Positions 24,145 to 36,232 of a stretch of 64,000 bases of DNA are shown piece after piece; positions within the stretch are counted from its first letter, which is position 1, and every line of letters starts with the position of its first letter. A model generated the notes under the pieces. The model had not been told where the DNA came from, searched no databases, and was given only the letters and a program-made list of their open reading frames with translations. Both the position numbers and the translations under genes were made by a program. The stretch lies in assembly GCA_002633005.1 (NCBI GenBank), contig NMRA01000809.1:15645-79644 (forward strand), in the 5' to 3' direction. The DNA is from Phoronis australis. Taxonomy: Eukaryota; Animalia; Phoronida.

Positions 24145-24289
24145 ACACTGTAAACAGATAAGAGGTCAGTGTAAATAGACCAAGAGATTTTAATAATAGT
24201 AACACGCCACCTTAGAAAGACACTTTTTGTATGTTAGTGTAGACGAATAAACTTGATTTAAACTTCAACAAAACGCCTAACATGTATAC

Positions 24290-24331
24290 CGTTGGTAAAG
24301 GAGGATCATTTCCCAGCCTGATGTCCAACTC
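24290..24331 (-). CDS. Candidate 42-nt microexon of the NHE gene (ELDIRLGNDPPLPT)
   Basis: Strong acceptor ttttgtctttgtcag, weaker donor gtatac, phase 0/0, no stop. Confidence 0.4.
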
Positions 24332-25488
24332 CTGACAAAGACAAAATTTTAACAGTCTGCCTGTGTGTCTATGAATTTATTACTCTACTTTGTAAGCAAC
24401 AGAAATATGACCGCACATATGTACAAGACAATGGTTCCACCCCTCCTTTTGGCTGTTATCACTTTTGCACTCTGTCAGCAGACCTGTGTACCACCAAAAC
24501 TCCATTGGAGTACTCTGAACACCAGATATGCAGATTTTTCAGTAAATTTGCAGATTTTCACGTACAGACCAAATTAACCCTAAAATATAGGAGGTTGAAC
24601 GCAGTGGACCTTTCACTAACTAAAATAAAAAAAACAACGGGTTTGTTCAGTGTTCAGAGCTTTCACCGAATTCTTGCCTATTTAGTGGACATTTGTCTTG
24701 TTTTCTAAGACTTTTGGTTTCTCAAAGGACCTTTTGGCCCACTTTGCCAAATAGGGGACTCATTCAAGCCCCCCCCCCGGTACACGTATGGGTACTTATC
24801 CTACTTACTTACCTCTAAAATACACGCAGTGAATTGATCACCAATTTTCCGAATAATTCAAGTTGTTTAGTTGAGGGACAACGCGCTTAGTGAAAAGACT
24901 TTGTTAATCAAATGTCCTTACTGAACCTAGTAGTGTTAATACATGCCTAATCATTATGCTAATGATAATCATGTATATACGCCTCATTTCCTAACACAAA
25001 AACATATCTGCAAAAATGTTTTGATGAATTTGCACTGGACAATGTTTTGCACCAGACGATATTTTCTAAACCAATCACAAAAGTTTTGAACAATTACTCA
25101 TTGCAAGTGTCTGTGAACACGTACCACCGTACTGCATGCGAAAAGACCTCGAGGCTCGACTGTGCCTTGAGTATTATCGTCAGCTCAACATGGTACGAAG
25201 TCAGTGCAGTCATCATGTCCGCAAAAAACAACACGCTATACAACTTGCAGTATAAATTCCACGGTCCCTTGAATAAGACATTGTCATTCTTTGGAATAAC
25301 GCGGCAAAAAAACAGAATGTTCCCTTCTTTCAGAAGCTACTTTCTTCACAACACGGAATATGCAAACACATGCTTTGCCATTTTGTCACCAATACGTATT
25401 TAGCCGTAAATAGTCGGAATTAGACGAAGTAAGCAATCCACAAATCACAGAAGTCGTTGCTTATAGGTTAGGCCTATGACACACATAC

Positions 25489-25524
25489 CGATAGAAGAGA
25501 CCTCGCGATTCGCCGATTATCAGG
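25489..25524 (-). CDS. Candidate 36-nt microexon of the NHE gene (PDNRRIARSLLS)
   Basis: Pyrimidine-rich acceptor ending aaatag, donor gtatgt, phase 0/0, no stop. No homology support. Confidence 0.35.
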
Positions 25525-26212
25525 CTATTTCGAGAATGAAACGAAGCAAGTTTTCCGAGTTTGTAGCTCAACTTTTTGGCTAAAATGATTTTACAATATT
25601 TTTTTAATTTCTAACTTTAAAATCTTCTTCCTCATCCGTTTAGACTACAAATCGGCGTATTTATTGAGAAACAAGGGAGTTAACCTCTTTTGAATTTGCT
25701 GAATTTGCGTATTTTTGCCTGGCCGTGCGTACTTGCGTAGTGGAGGCTTGATTTCCGTACGAATCCGCATTTTTTGCGTATGGTACACAGGTCTGCCTCA
25801 GTCATTAACAATTTTGTGCCACCCTCCCCAGCCAGTGCCACCCTCATTTGGGTGACGCCAAAGGCAAGCGGCTCCACTGCTTCCGAGCTACACCACTGCT
25901 GATAAAATTTCCAAACCTCGCATAAAACATAAACTTCATTGCAAGAATGAATCAAGTCTAAACAAGAGCTCCATTTAGTTTAATTGAATGTAAAACGTCA
26001 AATAAAATATTACTGAAATCAGTAAGTGAAACAAAACCAAATGTGTAACTTAACTTTAAACTCATGAACATGTGATATCACAGCTTCCACTGCAAAATGA
26101 ACGTCACCAATCAACAGAACTAGTAGAAGTACACACTTTAAGAAGTTGTGACTTTCGAAAAGGAAAATGAAGAAAATTATCAAACAGTCAGGAGTTGAAG
26201 CAGACGACATAC

Positions 26213-26369
26213 CCGTTTCCTGGGCTTGATCATGTTGTCTGACAATATGTGGTGAATCTTACTGTCGTCTGCCATCTTCTTACAGTAGTGGGCCTCTACC
26301 GCCTGCATGTCAATGACCGTGCCATTACGATCCGGCTTGTCATTGTCTACGTGATCACTGTGCTGGCTT
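26213..26369 (-). CDS. SLC9A3-like: Na+/H+ exchanger exon
   Basis: SQHSDHVDNDKPDRNGTVIDMQAVEAHYCKKMADDSKIHHILSDNMIKPRKR; cttacag/gtatgt; phase 2 to 0. Confidence 0.85.
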
Positions 26370-26681
26370 CTGTAAGGAAGAAAGTAAGCAGATTTTCTGT
26401 CTCTGTTAGTCACCAGACATTGACATGTTGAAAGTATAGTCACTTCAATGAAGAGACAAAAAGGCAGTGCGTGCAGAAATATAAAGAAAATATTGCCGTA
26501 TTTCACCAAGTGAATGCTCGGGGTGTGTAAATGAAAAAGTTTGAATTGCAGTTAACCTGTAATATGTGTCACACGACTGGCCAAGCATCTTCCTTCTACA
26601 GCCATCCTAGCTTAGCTAAATAAATAAACGGCCATTTTACTATCTACATCATACAATCATTGAATTTCACCTAGGTCAATA

Positions 26682-26804
26682 TGTTGGTTTTCAGGCCCCA
26701 AAAATGTGATAATGACCTTTACTATACCTCAGTCATCATCACCTCAAGAAGTGATAATGAGTGAGGTCATTATCACAGTCATATTTGGGGCCTGAAAACC
26801 AACA
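26682..26804. repeat. Inverted repeat (MITE-like remnant)
   Basis: tgttggttttcaggccccaaa...tgtgataatgacct vs aggtcattatcaca...tttggggcctgaaaaccaaca. Confidence 0.75.
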
Positions 26805-27628
26805 CACTTTGGTGAAAGTACACAGAAGGTGTATATGGTTGGGTTTGAGATCGTATGTGCATCACTCGTTTTGCCAGCTAGCAGTCAGCTTTTTACCCAA
26901 AACATTGTGGAGAGATTTTGAAAAACCTCCAGGAGACACTCGTAATGGACAAGGGAGCAAACTCTGTAAACTCTTCTTCGATGAAACGATGGATTACGAA
27001 AACAAAGAAACGGTGACTTACAAAAACATTGCAATGCAAGGACTTCAAAACCAATGCAGGCACAGTACACCCGAAATGTAATCCAACAAAAATGACCCGG
27101 GGTTTTCATGTCATGATAGTTGGACGCAATGGAAAGTTATTGACACATCAGCCATTGCTGGTAATTGACTGGAATTAACGTAAGAAGGAGGAAACACACT
27201 TCTAGAATTATAATTTTGCCAGTGACAAGCCATTGCTCACCTCTTTCATAATGAAAGAAATTGTCATTACAGGGAAACCATGTAGTCCTATTATTTTTGG
27301 CACTTAGAGAAGTACAAGTTAATTTAATACAGAAGTATCTGTGAACAGTCAAAAATTCTTCAGTTTGGGATAAATTTCTCAACAAAGGTAACTTTTCAGG
27401 AAAATTTATTTTGCTTCTAACAAGGTTTGTATGGCATAGCCATTACCAAACAACATTTGGTAAAACATTGAGCATCTGCAAGAACGTGGTAACATCTGAG
27501 AAATAGAAATATGACAATTATAGTATTTTTGTCCCATATTGAATAATTTTTACCATAAAACAGTCTACAAAATGAAGTCTTAAAACACGGTGGGTTTTTA
27601 CAAACTCTCTCCACAAGTCAGTACTCAC

Positions 27629-27850
27629 TCCAAATCAAACGACATGTGAGACCAGTTGCGAATGATGTTAGCCAGCGATGCTTCGGTTTTGACGTTGTTC
27701 ATGCTGGCAAAGGAACCATGTCGCGCGATGTGGTCCATGGCGTCCTTCATGCTCAGGCGAGAGTGAACGCGGAACATGCCATGTTCACGTGTCATTGGCT
27801 TCTCGCGGAGCAGGCAGCGTTTTAAGTAGTGCGTGTCATAATACTCAAAT
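27629..27850 (-). CDS. SLC9A3-like: Na+/H+ exchanger exon
   Basis: FEYYDTHYLKRCLLREKPM...RLSMKDAMDHIARHGSFASM...WSHMSFDL; tttcag/gtgagt; phase 2 to 2. Confidence 0.88.
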
Positions 27851-28758
27851 CTGAAATGTCACACAACTCTTAGACACAGATATATTCAGTGCATTTTGGT
27901 GCCATTGTACTCTTAGGGGGCACAGATACTGATATGTAGGACCATGTTCAGAAGTCAATGCATTCAGCCAAAAATCTATAAAATAATTGATTTTAATTCA
28001 GTAGAAGTATATATATTTTCTTACAGTAGAAAGAATGTAGAATTTGATTTTTGACATTATACCAATCTTCCATTAATTGTCATGTGACCACATCTTTTAG
28101 CAAAACTTTAGCAAAAAAGAAATTTAAGGTATATTCATAGTCAAACAACAAGTTTTGCTTAATAGGCTTCTAGGGTTATTTGTTTGATAAAAATGGCCAC
28201 TAGATGGGGCAGAAACATCCAATCCATCTGAAAACAGGAATATGACATTAAATGGCATTTCTCTACTGTTTAGCTGTTACAGTAAAATTCTTAACCAAAG
28301 TAACTTGGAGTATAAAAACACCACCACGCTCATCTGATCTTGAATTGTTGCCGAATGAATCGACATTTCAAGTCACTGGTAATGCATACATGCATCATTT
28401 CCAAATTCACAATTTTAGGGTCGACCAACCCCAAGAAACTCTAAAGCATTTTCTTGACGTTTCATGTTAACTGAAATCGATTATGGTAAGGAATAACATG
28501 AGACAGATTTTAAGTGACTTAACTCCTTTTTTATTTTAGCATATTAAGACTAAGGAAATGACCATTTAACCCCTTAGTAAGCCTTTCAAAAATGGGAAAA
28601 ATGACACTTTTGGCAATTATTTTGACTCAAATTACCGTATAATGTACATGTGTTAAGTTTTAAGAAAATAGAAATTACAGTTGTAATACATGTGTGTGCA
28701 GACCTACGAGTGTGTGTAAGTGGATGAACGTTGTTATATATGAGTGTAACTGACTTAC

Positions 28759-28829
28759 TTGTCTCTCAACCAATGATGTCCATGGAAACCAGTCACATCC
28801 TCAATCCCTGCCATTAAGTGGTCCATTAA
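28759..28829 (-). CDS. SLC9A3-like: Na+/H+ exchanger exon (CHP-binding-like region)
   Basis: LMDHLMAGIEDVTGFHGHHWLRDK, like the NHE1 [22 protein letters not shown] region; cacag/gtaagt. Confidence 0.92.
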
Positions 28830-30003
28830 CTGTGAACAGAAATAGAGAGTGAACCCTGAACACAGTTGTGCCGATAATGAATCTGAGTAGGCGAGCAAGA
28901 CTCAATTTAAAGCGAAAAGACTAATAACAGAGTCACTTCTATCCCCGATTTACTGACCATAAGGACTGTCACGGTCCATTTACGTAATCAAATTAAGGCT
29001 CAGTCAAGGCCAGATAACATTCAGTAAAACATCGTAAAGATTAAAACACATGGGATACAAACTCAGAATGTGTTTGGAATTAAAAAAAATAATTTCAGGT
29101 ATGATTTGTTAGAGTGCAGTAGTACTTAGACTTAACTGTCTGTCACTTTGGACTCAAAACTATAATCTTTCATATAAAAACCATGGAACCCATCTCCTTA
29201 CTGTATCTGTAGATAGTTTTTCTGTTGCTTGAGTCGCCTGAGGACTAAGTAGTCCAGGTAAGTAAATGTTTATTTTATCAGCACTGACCCCAAGACTTTT
29301 ACTATAATTGGTTTCCCACAAAAATAAATAAATCAGCATTTCAGGACCCCATTATCAAAGCAATCACTCAGTAACAAAATGAATACGGTAAAATCTCACC
29401 AATTTAGGACACAATATGGCCAACAAGTGAAATATTATATTTAATTTTCATTTTTTTTAATAAAAGATAAGTAGCACCCATTAAATGTTAAACCATTTTA
29501 AAGAACTATGTCATACCTACCTTCAGACAATGTTTTGAGAAATTGTGGACATTTGAAACAATGTTGGGCGCTTTTGAAAAATGACAAAAAGACCAATTTT
29601 GGCATTTTTTTCTGAAATTGGCGAGAGTTTACTGTAACGAAAACCGCAAAGCATGAAATCTCACGATCAGAAGCACTATGTCAATCAGTTATATCAACTG
29701 TCATCTCTAAATCACAACACATGTGCTCAGTTATTTAAATCAATGTCAATGTAATTTTAGACAACACAACATTACTCTTGAAAGTGCTGCTGCACATCTT
29801 GTCTGGCACCTACATAATGCCGGGCAATTACCTTTAGTTGCGAGTGATATGTATTTAGTAATATGCCGTCTTTCACTGCATTTTCATACTATTTAGAACA
29901 GAAACTGACTGACTGGTGTGTAATATTAGTGAGTAGAAATTCATTAGCGATATGTGGCGGTTACAGTTAACTGTGGTATTTTATGCCACAAACACACACT
30001 CAC

Positions 30004-30093
30004 CCTCTCATGAATGTGCTCATTCATTGTTGGTTTACATTTTTCCTGCTTTTTAACTTTCAGTGCATCAACAAGTGGCTTAATGGTTGTTCC
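30004..30093 (-). CDS. SLC9A3-like: Na+/H+ exchanger exon (start of cytoplasmic tail)
   Basis: GTTIKPLVDALKVKKQEKCKPTMNEHIHER; ttttcag/gtgagt; 90 nt, phase 0. Confidence 0.92.
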
Positions 30094-30371
30094 CTGAAAA
30101 AGAAGACCATGTTAACATTTTTGTTATTAAAATGATAAGGAGAATTCTTAGAGACACTAACTCAGTACGTTTGGACTTGATAGTCTGTCAAGAAGTACGA
30201 TACTTTTAAGCCAGTGCTTCGGATATCTTTTTAAAGGCTGACAACAGTGACCTTTGGTAACAGAGATGTTCAGTTAAGCTTCTTGTACCATTCAACAGAA
30301 TCGTTGAGTAATCCAACACAATTCATGGTGGTAAGGTACACAGCACTACCCACAGGGGACTTGGGACTCAC

Positions 30372-30574
30372 CTGAATAAACACTGTAAAGAAAACCACTA
30401 TAAGTGTGGTTGTCATGAACATGGGTTTCTCCGGTATGCTACGCCGGTCTAGCAGCGACACCAGAGAGAATGCGATGGCACCACGCAGGCCTCCATACGC
30501 CATGACGAATTGGTCGACCTTACTTAGCTTGATGAGACGCGTCCGATTGGACAGCCATGATAAACCGATGACAC
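30372..30574 (-). CDS. SLC9A3-like: Na+/H+ exchanger exon
   Basis: VIGLSWLSNRTRLIKLSKVDQFVMAYGGLRGAIAFSL...VVFFTVFIQ; YGGLRGA motif; phase 1 to 0. Confidence 0.95.
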
Positions 30575-30929
30575 CTAGAGCAGGAGTGGGAAATTACAGG
30601 GTTAACTTGAAGCAAGAGACTGTGAACCAAGCAATATAATGGTAAGGTTATTCTTCATATATTTCGCACAAAAGTAATAGCCAAAATCACAATTTTTCTG
30701 TTTTAAGGTCGATTACTTTAATGCAAATATTAAAAACTTAACTAAACGTTGTTTTATGACATCTGCACACAACAAACTAAGCCAAAACCAGATTGAAATT
30801 TTCTTAATTGATATTTATTTTTGCTAAGAAATTTGACAAAATAAAATTTCACTTGGTGACGTATTACTGCACCATTCAGTGTGAAAGGCGTAAACACACT
30901 GCAGCATGTTAAGTTATGCAAGTTCCTAC

Positions 30930-31290
30930 AAAAAAGTCCAAATTTGGCTAACTTTGAAACACGACATCTCAGAAACGGATGATCGCATCCATGAAATGAT
31001 CAGATGCTATCGCTTTACGCCTCATCCTCCAAAACATGTTTTTCAAAATGTTCCACTTTTGCATGAGGAGCTATCAAAATATAGAACTTGTATGATTTTC
31101 ATGAACAAAATCAAGGTTGCATAAAACAAAAATGAAATGATATTTTAGAAAACTGTTTTTGAAATCTCACTTTGGACATTTATATCAAATAAAATTTGAT
31201 CATGTTATTGTTTTGCTATCAATGTACCTTTCCTTTCTGCTAAGTCTTACTAAAAGACATGGTCATGTGACCAAATTAATAACATAATAG
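30930..31290 (+). repeat. Dispersed AT-rich repeat (probable non-autonomous DNA transposon)
   Basis: Aligns by eye with about 58110-58490 (shared ttttgcatga...gttgca...tttagaaaact...ttttga blocks) and more weakly with 19860-20080. Confidence 0.6.
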
Positions 31291-31462
31291 TAAAAACTGT
31301 ACATCAAAATAACATTGCGGTCAATGCCCACAATTTTTCAAAAACACTGTCGGGGAGCAGCTATTGTTCAAAACTTTGAACATAGAAAAACAAAAAAATT
31401 GGTGCTACACATCTGTCATGGGAAAAATGATGAAATAAAATTTCACTTGTGTCCTGACGTAC

Positions 31463-31680
31463 CAATGGCTCTGTAGAGCAGACAGAAGATGAGAGTGAAG
31501 AAGATGAAGCCTACATTCCAGACGTGTCCCTCAACGACGGTGGACGTGCCGAGGAACATGAATATGACCGTCTCACTAACGCTGGCCATCATCTTCATGA
31601 AATACTTGATGGTTGTGTGCGACTTGTGCGAGATGTTGTGCTCGACATAGTTCTTCATCGTGATGCCGCAGAACGTGATT
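31463..31680 (-). CDS. SLC9A3-like: Na+/H+ exchanger exon
   Basis: [44 protein letters not shown]...LLYRAIG; phase 2 to 1, consistent with neighbours. Confidence 0.94.
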
Positions 31681-32465
31681 CTACACACAAGCAAGAGAGA
31701 GCGGACATCGAAGATTACCGTTAACCAGATGAACAGATACTATGATGCAAAACCCAGGTTGGGAAAATAAGACCGTCAAAATTCAAATTAAACAGAATTT
31801 TTAGTAAGTTATGCATAGAAAAAACTCAGATTCTCTGGTCTGGTACAAAAATTTTTCAAGCCCCCATGTCCTTTCATTCTCTAAAATTAATCGCAGAAAA
31901 ATAATCTGAGTCTCCAGAAAAATCTGAAACATTGGCAACTTTAAGTGAATCAAACGTTCTTGATGGGTTTGTACAAAAAAAATGCTCCGCGAAAATTCAT
32001 AAAATCTTGTCTAGCTTCAAACCTCGACAATTCAAAACCACTCAAAAATAGCAAAAACAAGGATCAGCAACTTTAAACACTAAGTGCGCAGCAACATAAA
32101 TTACAGCCCTTTATGCAGGTATTTAAGTTCATCCACCTATGTTCAAAATAATGTGTTATTTTTTCCAAGTAAGTAGCTATGACACTAACTCGAACATGTT
32201 GAAGCATTATAATTTGGGACTGCATATCTTTTTGAAAAAGGGTGAGAAAACAAATCTAATTTGACCGCCATATTGAGTTTTGAATTTGAAGCGATTTTAC
32301 TGTAACATCAATTTCACTAAAATGCTGTCATACATGCTCCTAGGTTTCCCTAAAATGCTTTCATGCATGTTCCTAGGTTTGACTAAAAATATTTTGCGCA
32401 CAGGTGTAAGTGTCCATTTTCAAAAATAGGAAGAGCTTCACCAGTGGGCTTTTGGATGATAGCCG

Positions 32466-32573
32466 GTAATAGTCATGTACAAGGATCCCACATTTTGAGA
32501 ACCAGTTCTTTCCACTGAATAAGGTGCATCAAACTGGTTCTAAAAATGCGGGATTCCTGCAAGTGACTATTGC
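32466..32573. repeat. Short palindromic element
   Basis: Arms gtaatagtca...cacattttgagaaccagtt and aactggttctaaaaatgcg...tgactattgc. Confidence 0.7.
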
Positions 32574-33087
32574 CAATAGCCGTACAGTGAAAACCAAGGT
32601 TGAAATAAAGATCGTAACCTATCGTCGGCCTGGTTATATGCTATGTAACAGCGCCACCTATGAACATTCATTCCACAAAAAACAAGGTTGTTGGTAAGGA
32701 AAGTTCCTTCCTTATTTTTGTTGAAGAATTGATCAAATCAAATCCTACTTTTACGCCCACCGCGTGCTAAGTTGAACAGAGAAAAGTACCATGTCCCAAT
32801 CGCAGCAAGGAGAATTTCTAGAACAAGTGATGTACCTCGTAATTCATGATCACAAAATAGTGCGTATTTTACAACTTTGTGAATAACACCAGCAGAAGTG
32901 AAGCTTCTTCCAAACAAGAACGAAGCAAAAGGAACCTTCTGCATCGATCACTCTCCCAAACCATGAGGTATGAAATAGCGGCACATCTCAAGATACGGCA
33001 GGCAGGTCAGCAGCCTCACTTTCGCTCCTATGGAAATTCACGTTAGCATCCGTCGTACGAATAATTTATATTTTATATATTTAAGTC

Positions 33088-33215
33088 ATGCCAGGAAAGT
33101 ATTATTTCTGTGCCGTGGGCTGCAATGCCGATTCAAGCAAGTGGGATAGGCTGGATAAATATCCATGGCAGCGGAATGTCACAGTTCCCGACAGTTCCGA
33201 AGAACAAAAGACAGC
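33088..33215 (+). pseudogene. Possible THAP zinc-finger N-terminal fragment from a DNA transposon
   Basis: MPGKYYFCAVGCNADS..., with FPTVPKNKRQR in another frame; resembles the THAP pattern M-x-CxxxxC...FP...R; truncated. Confidence 0.4.
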
Positions 33216-33824
33216 GAAGCCCATCATGCGCACAGCGCCACTGTTGTACAATCAATATAATCTTACCTCACGACTGAGAAAAGCGAGAGTGCGGAATATG
33301 GAAATTACAGTACATTGTGCCTTCTGTTTTGGACTCAACCTCAATTAGCATCGGCTGAGCCATTTCCATAAAAATTAAGCCCGTTACATCACTAGACTTT
33401 TTTCAGATAATTATAAGTATAAACTTTGATCAACGATATTAATGTCTAAATTGCTAATTTCCAAGATTACGGAGAAAATTCTCCACTTAGGAATAGTAAA
33501 AGATTGATTACTTTGCCGAAGAAATTTTATAAACAGACAATATTGGCTGTCCCAAATTCAATAATTACAATGTGACAAAGGCTAGTTGACATGACTTCAT
33601 AAACAGCCAAGTCAATTTTCAGACTTTGTTAGTATAAAACACACTGCCCGATATTTGAGAAATATTACAAATGCCAAAACTGCCCATGTCCCAATCTTAA
33701 GAATTAAGAAACTTTAATTTTGGCTTACATTACATGTCCCAAATTTTAATGACCGCCCATACTGGAGAATTCATACCGTATTTACGTGAAATGACCCATC
33801 TGAAGATTGCACGTGCATACGTAC

Positions 33825-34081
33825 GCCATGATGCCAGAGAAGTGGAATATTTCAGCAGTCAGGTAGGACAAGTAGGACATGACGAAGACAAACAGTGGCT
33901 CGATGACTCTCACGTGATCTGTGTACTTGGTGATGAATGCCGTGGCCAGACCAAACAGAACACCGATGAGAGTGCCCCCCAGGCCCACGATGCAGAATGA
34001 GGCGATACCCGCGAACACGTCAGCCGTGTTGATGTTCTCCTCCCCAATTTTCTCATACTGTTCAAACATGTGGTACAGGAC
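33825..34081 (-). CDS. SLC9A3-like: Na+/H+ exchanger exon
   Basis: VLYHMFEQY...VGLGGTLIG...VRVIEPLFVFVMSYLSYLTAEIFHFSGIMA; AG/GT sites, phase 0 to 2. Confidence 0.94.
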
Positions 34082-35838
34082 CTAGAATAGATGCAAGAAA
34101 AGGTACAGACTTGAATTATCAAGTTAAGGGTGACAAAGGGTGGTTAAAGGCACAAGACGAACATTCTTGGCCTTTGTCATGTTTAAAACGCTACTTTTTT
34201 ATTTTTCAAGCACTTTTTACAAATTGGTGTCAACTTGTTCCTTACCAGACAGGAAGCCATTGTTGGTTTTCAGAAATACGAGCTATACGCTTACGCTTTG
34301 TACTGAAGATGATGGTTTTCATGGGACAATACATTTAGGCTAACAAAGCACAAGTTGTGAGCACTCATCCCCATTTTGACTTACAGAATAAATTCAAATC
34401 AGGCTGATGATTATCATTGAGAGCATCCTACCTAGAAAACCTCTTTTGATTATTTATTATTGATCAGCGATTTGTGATAAACCCTACATGAAAACCATGT
34501 CAGTCGCTGAATTTTTATCATTTAAATGATAGCGCACCATTCATATAAATTCATAGAAATGCTTGATATGAATTCAAATAGAAAATCTTTTAAATTATGA
34601 ACAACCAAAATTGCCAGTGTACAACAATGGTGATTTGATGGCAATAGGCTGTTTCCCTGTCTGGACAATAGATGGCATCGCCACTTTACGAGTCGCTGGG
34701 TTCAGTGTGCCTTATACTTGACACTCAACAAAGGTCTAAGTTAGCAGTTTCAGAGCTAGTGTTTAGTTGAACGCGTGATGCAGAATTCATTCTGAGGCAA
34801 TTCCGCCATTATTTCACACAAATATAATGAACAAAGTTCAATGCTTCAGAGGTTGTCTACCTTGATCCAAATAATTAAAAATTGATCGATTTTCAATTTT
34901 CAACCTTACTAAGATTTTACGGCAGTTGCACAATACAAGTCACGCTGATGACAAAGTAGAAATTTCTGAATGACAAAATTTTGAGAAATTTCGCTTAATG
35001 GAATTTTCCCTACACACCATTTTGCGTGCTGAGTAGGTGAAGAATTTCAATGCTTCATGCAATGCCCGAAAAAAACGAAATAACTGTAGCTTCCTCACCA
35101 ACACCGCAACTCCCTTTTAGCGGAGTTCTGCTCTTTGGGAAGGCATTAACTTCCGGACTTAATTAGCCATAGCAAAATAGGCGGATTAAAGTGCAGAGTT
35201 GCGTATACACGCCTTGACGGCAAAAGTTATATCTACTTTGACTGGAGTAATCGGTAGAGGTCGCGAAGTCAATCACACGGGACTCAACAAGAGATTCATA
35301 ATTTCCTTGTCTTTTATTACCAACTATCAAGAGTCGCATGTAAAGGAATAACAGAGATCCAACGGAGAATAACACCGATCAGCCTGGCATCATTCATATA
35401 TAAATGGCAGGAGATGTTTATTAAGTCATAAGTTCAAGAGTGTGATTCAAATACACCACCTGGTGTTTCAATCAGAAAATTAGGGGTAACTGCCAGTCAA
35501 TGAGACAGGTAAGTGGAGTTGAAGTGCAGTTACGATAGACAGGAGTTCCTCATCGCGGTGTTGGTGCGAAAGTGATTTTAAACTGCTGACCAGGGAATTG
35601 GGCTTACTTTCCGACGAAGAAGCAACAGTTGAGAGCGTTGACCAATCAAAGCCATTTGCACTTGCACTCGCCACTATGTGTTGCTTCACATGATTGGTCA
35701 ACACACTATTGCACCTTATCAGTTCTCATTATCTTACATTAGGAACTTGGCCCTGTTTCATGGCACATACTTTGGCAATAGACTTGTATAATTCAAGCTG
35801 TTGTCAAGAGGCCTGTTTATCAGGGAATCTCATCTTAA

Positions 35839-36232
35839 GGGCCTTTCATACTAACGTCGACGCGTCAATGTTTTGAGGAGTTGCAGTCAGTATGACCGGT
35901 CAACTTCAGTCCCATCGCAGTCATCGCCATTTGCCACTGTTATCGTCAACAGTTAAATGGTAGTGTAGTCGCTAATATTTTGATCGAATAATGACCAATC
36001 GAATTAAAAATAAGTTTTGTGTCAATTAGCACATGTAAATGTTCCCAAATTGTCAAATTTAAAAAAACTTAGCGTGCAGCGCCACTTTGCAATTACTTTG
36101 ATGGCAACAGCGTCACCTACCGTTTACTTCGATGTCCGTTAACTACAAAAGCCAGTATGACTGGCTTCAGTCAACTTCACAGTTTACGTTGATGCTCCTC
36201 TCAAACCGCAGTTAAGTCGGTATTAAAAGGCC
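35839..36232. mobile_element. MITE family A, copy 1 (TTAA-flanked)
   Basis: TIRs gggcctttcatac / gtattaaaaggcc with ttaa on both sides; internal sequence is the reverse complement of 50216-50716. Confidence 0.8.

Larger units (their letters stand above)
23868..24219 (-). mobile_element. tRNA-headed short element flanked by inverted hammerhead-bearing repeats, 13-bp TSD
   Basis: TSD acactttttgtat at 23855-23867 and 24220-24232; arms 23868-23965 and 24103-24200; 19-nt tail; central minus-strand A box TGGTGTAGTGG and B box GGTTCAAATCC. Confidence 0.8.
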
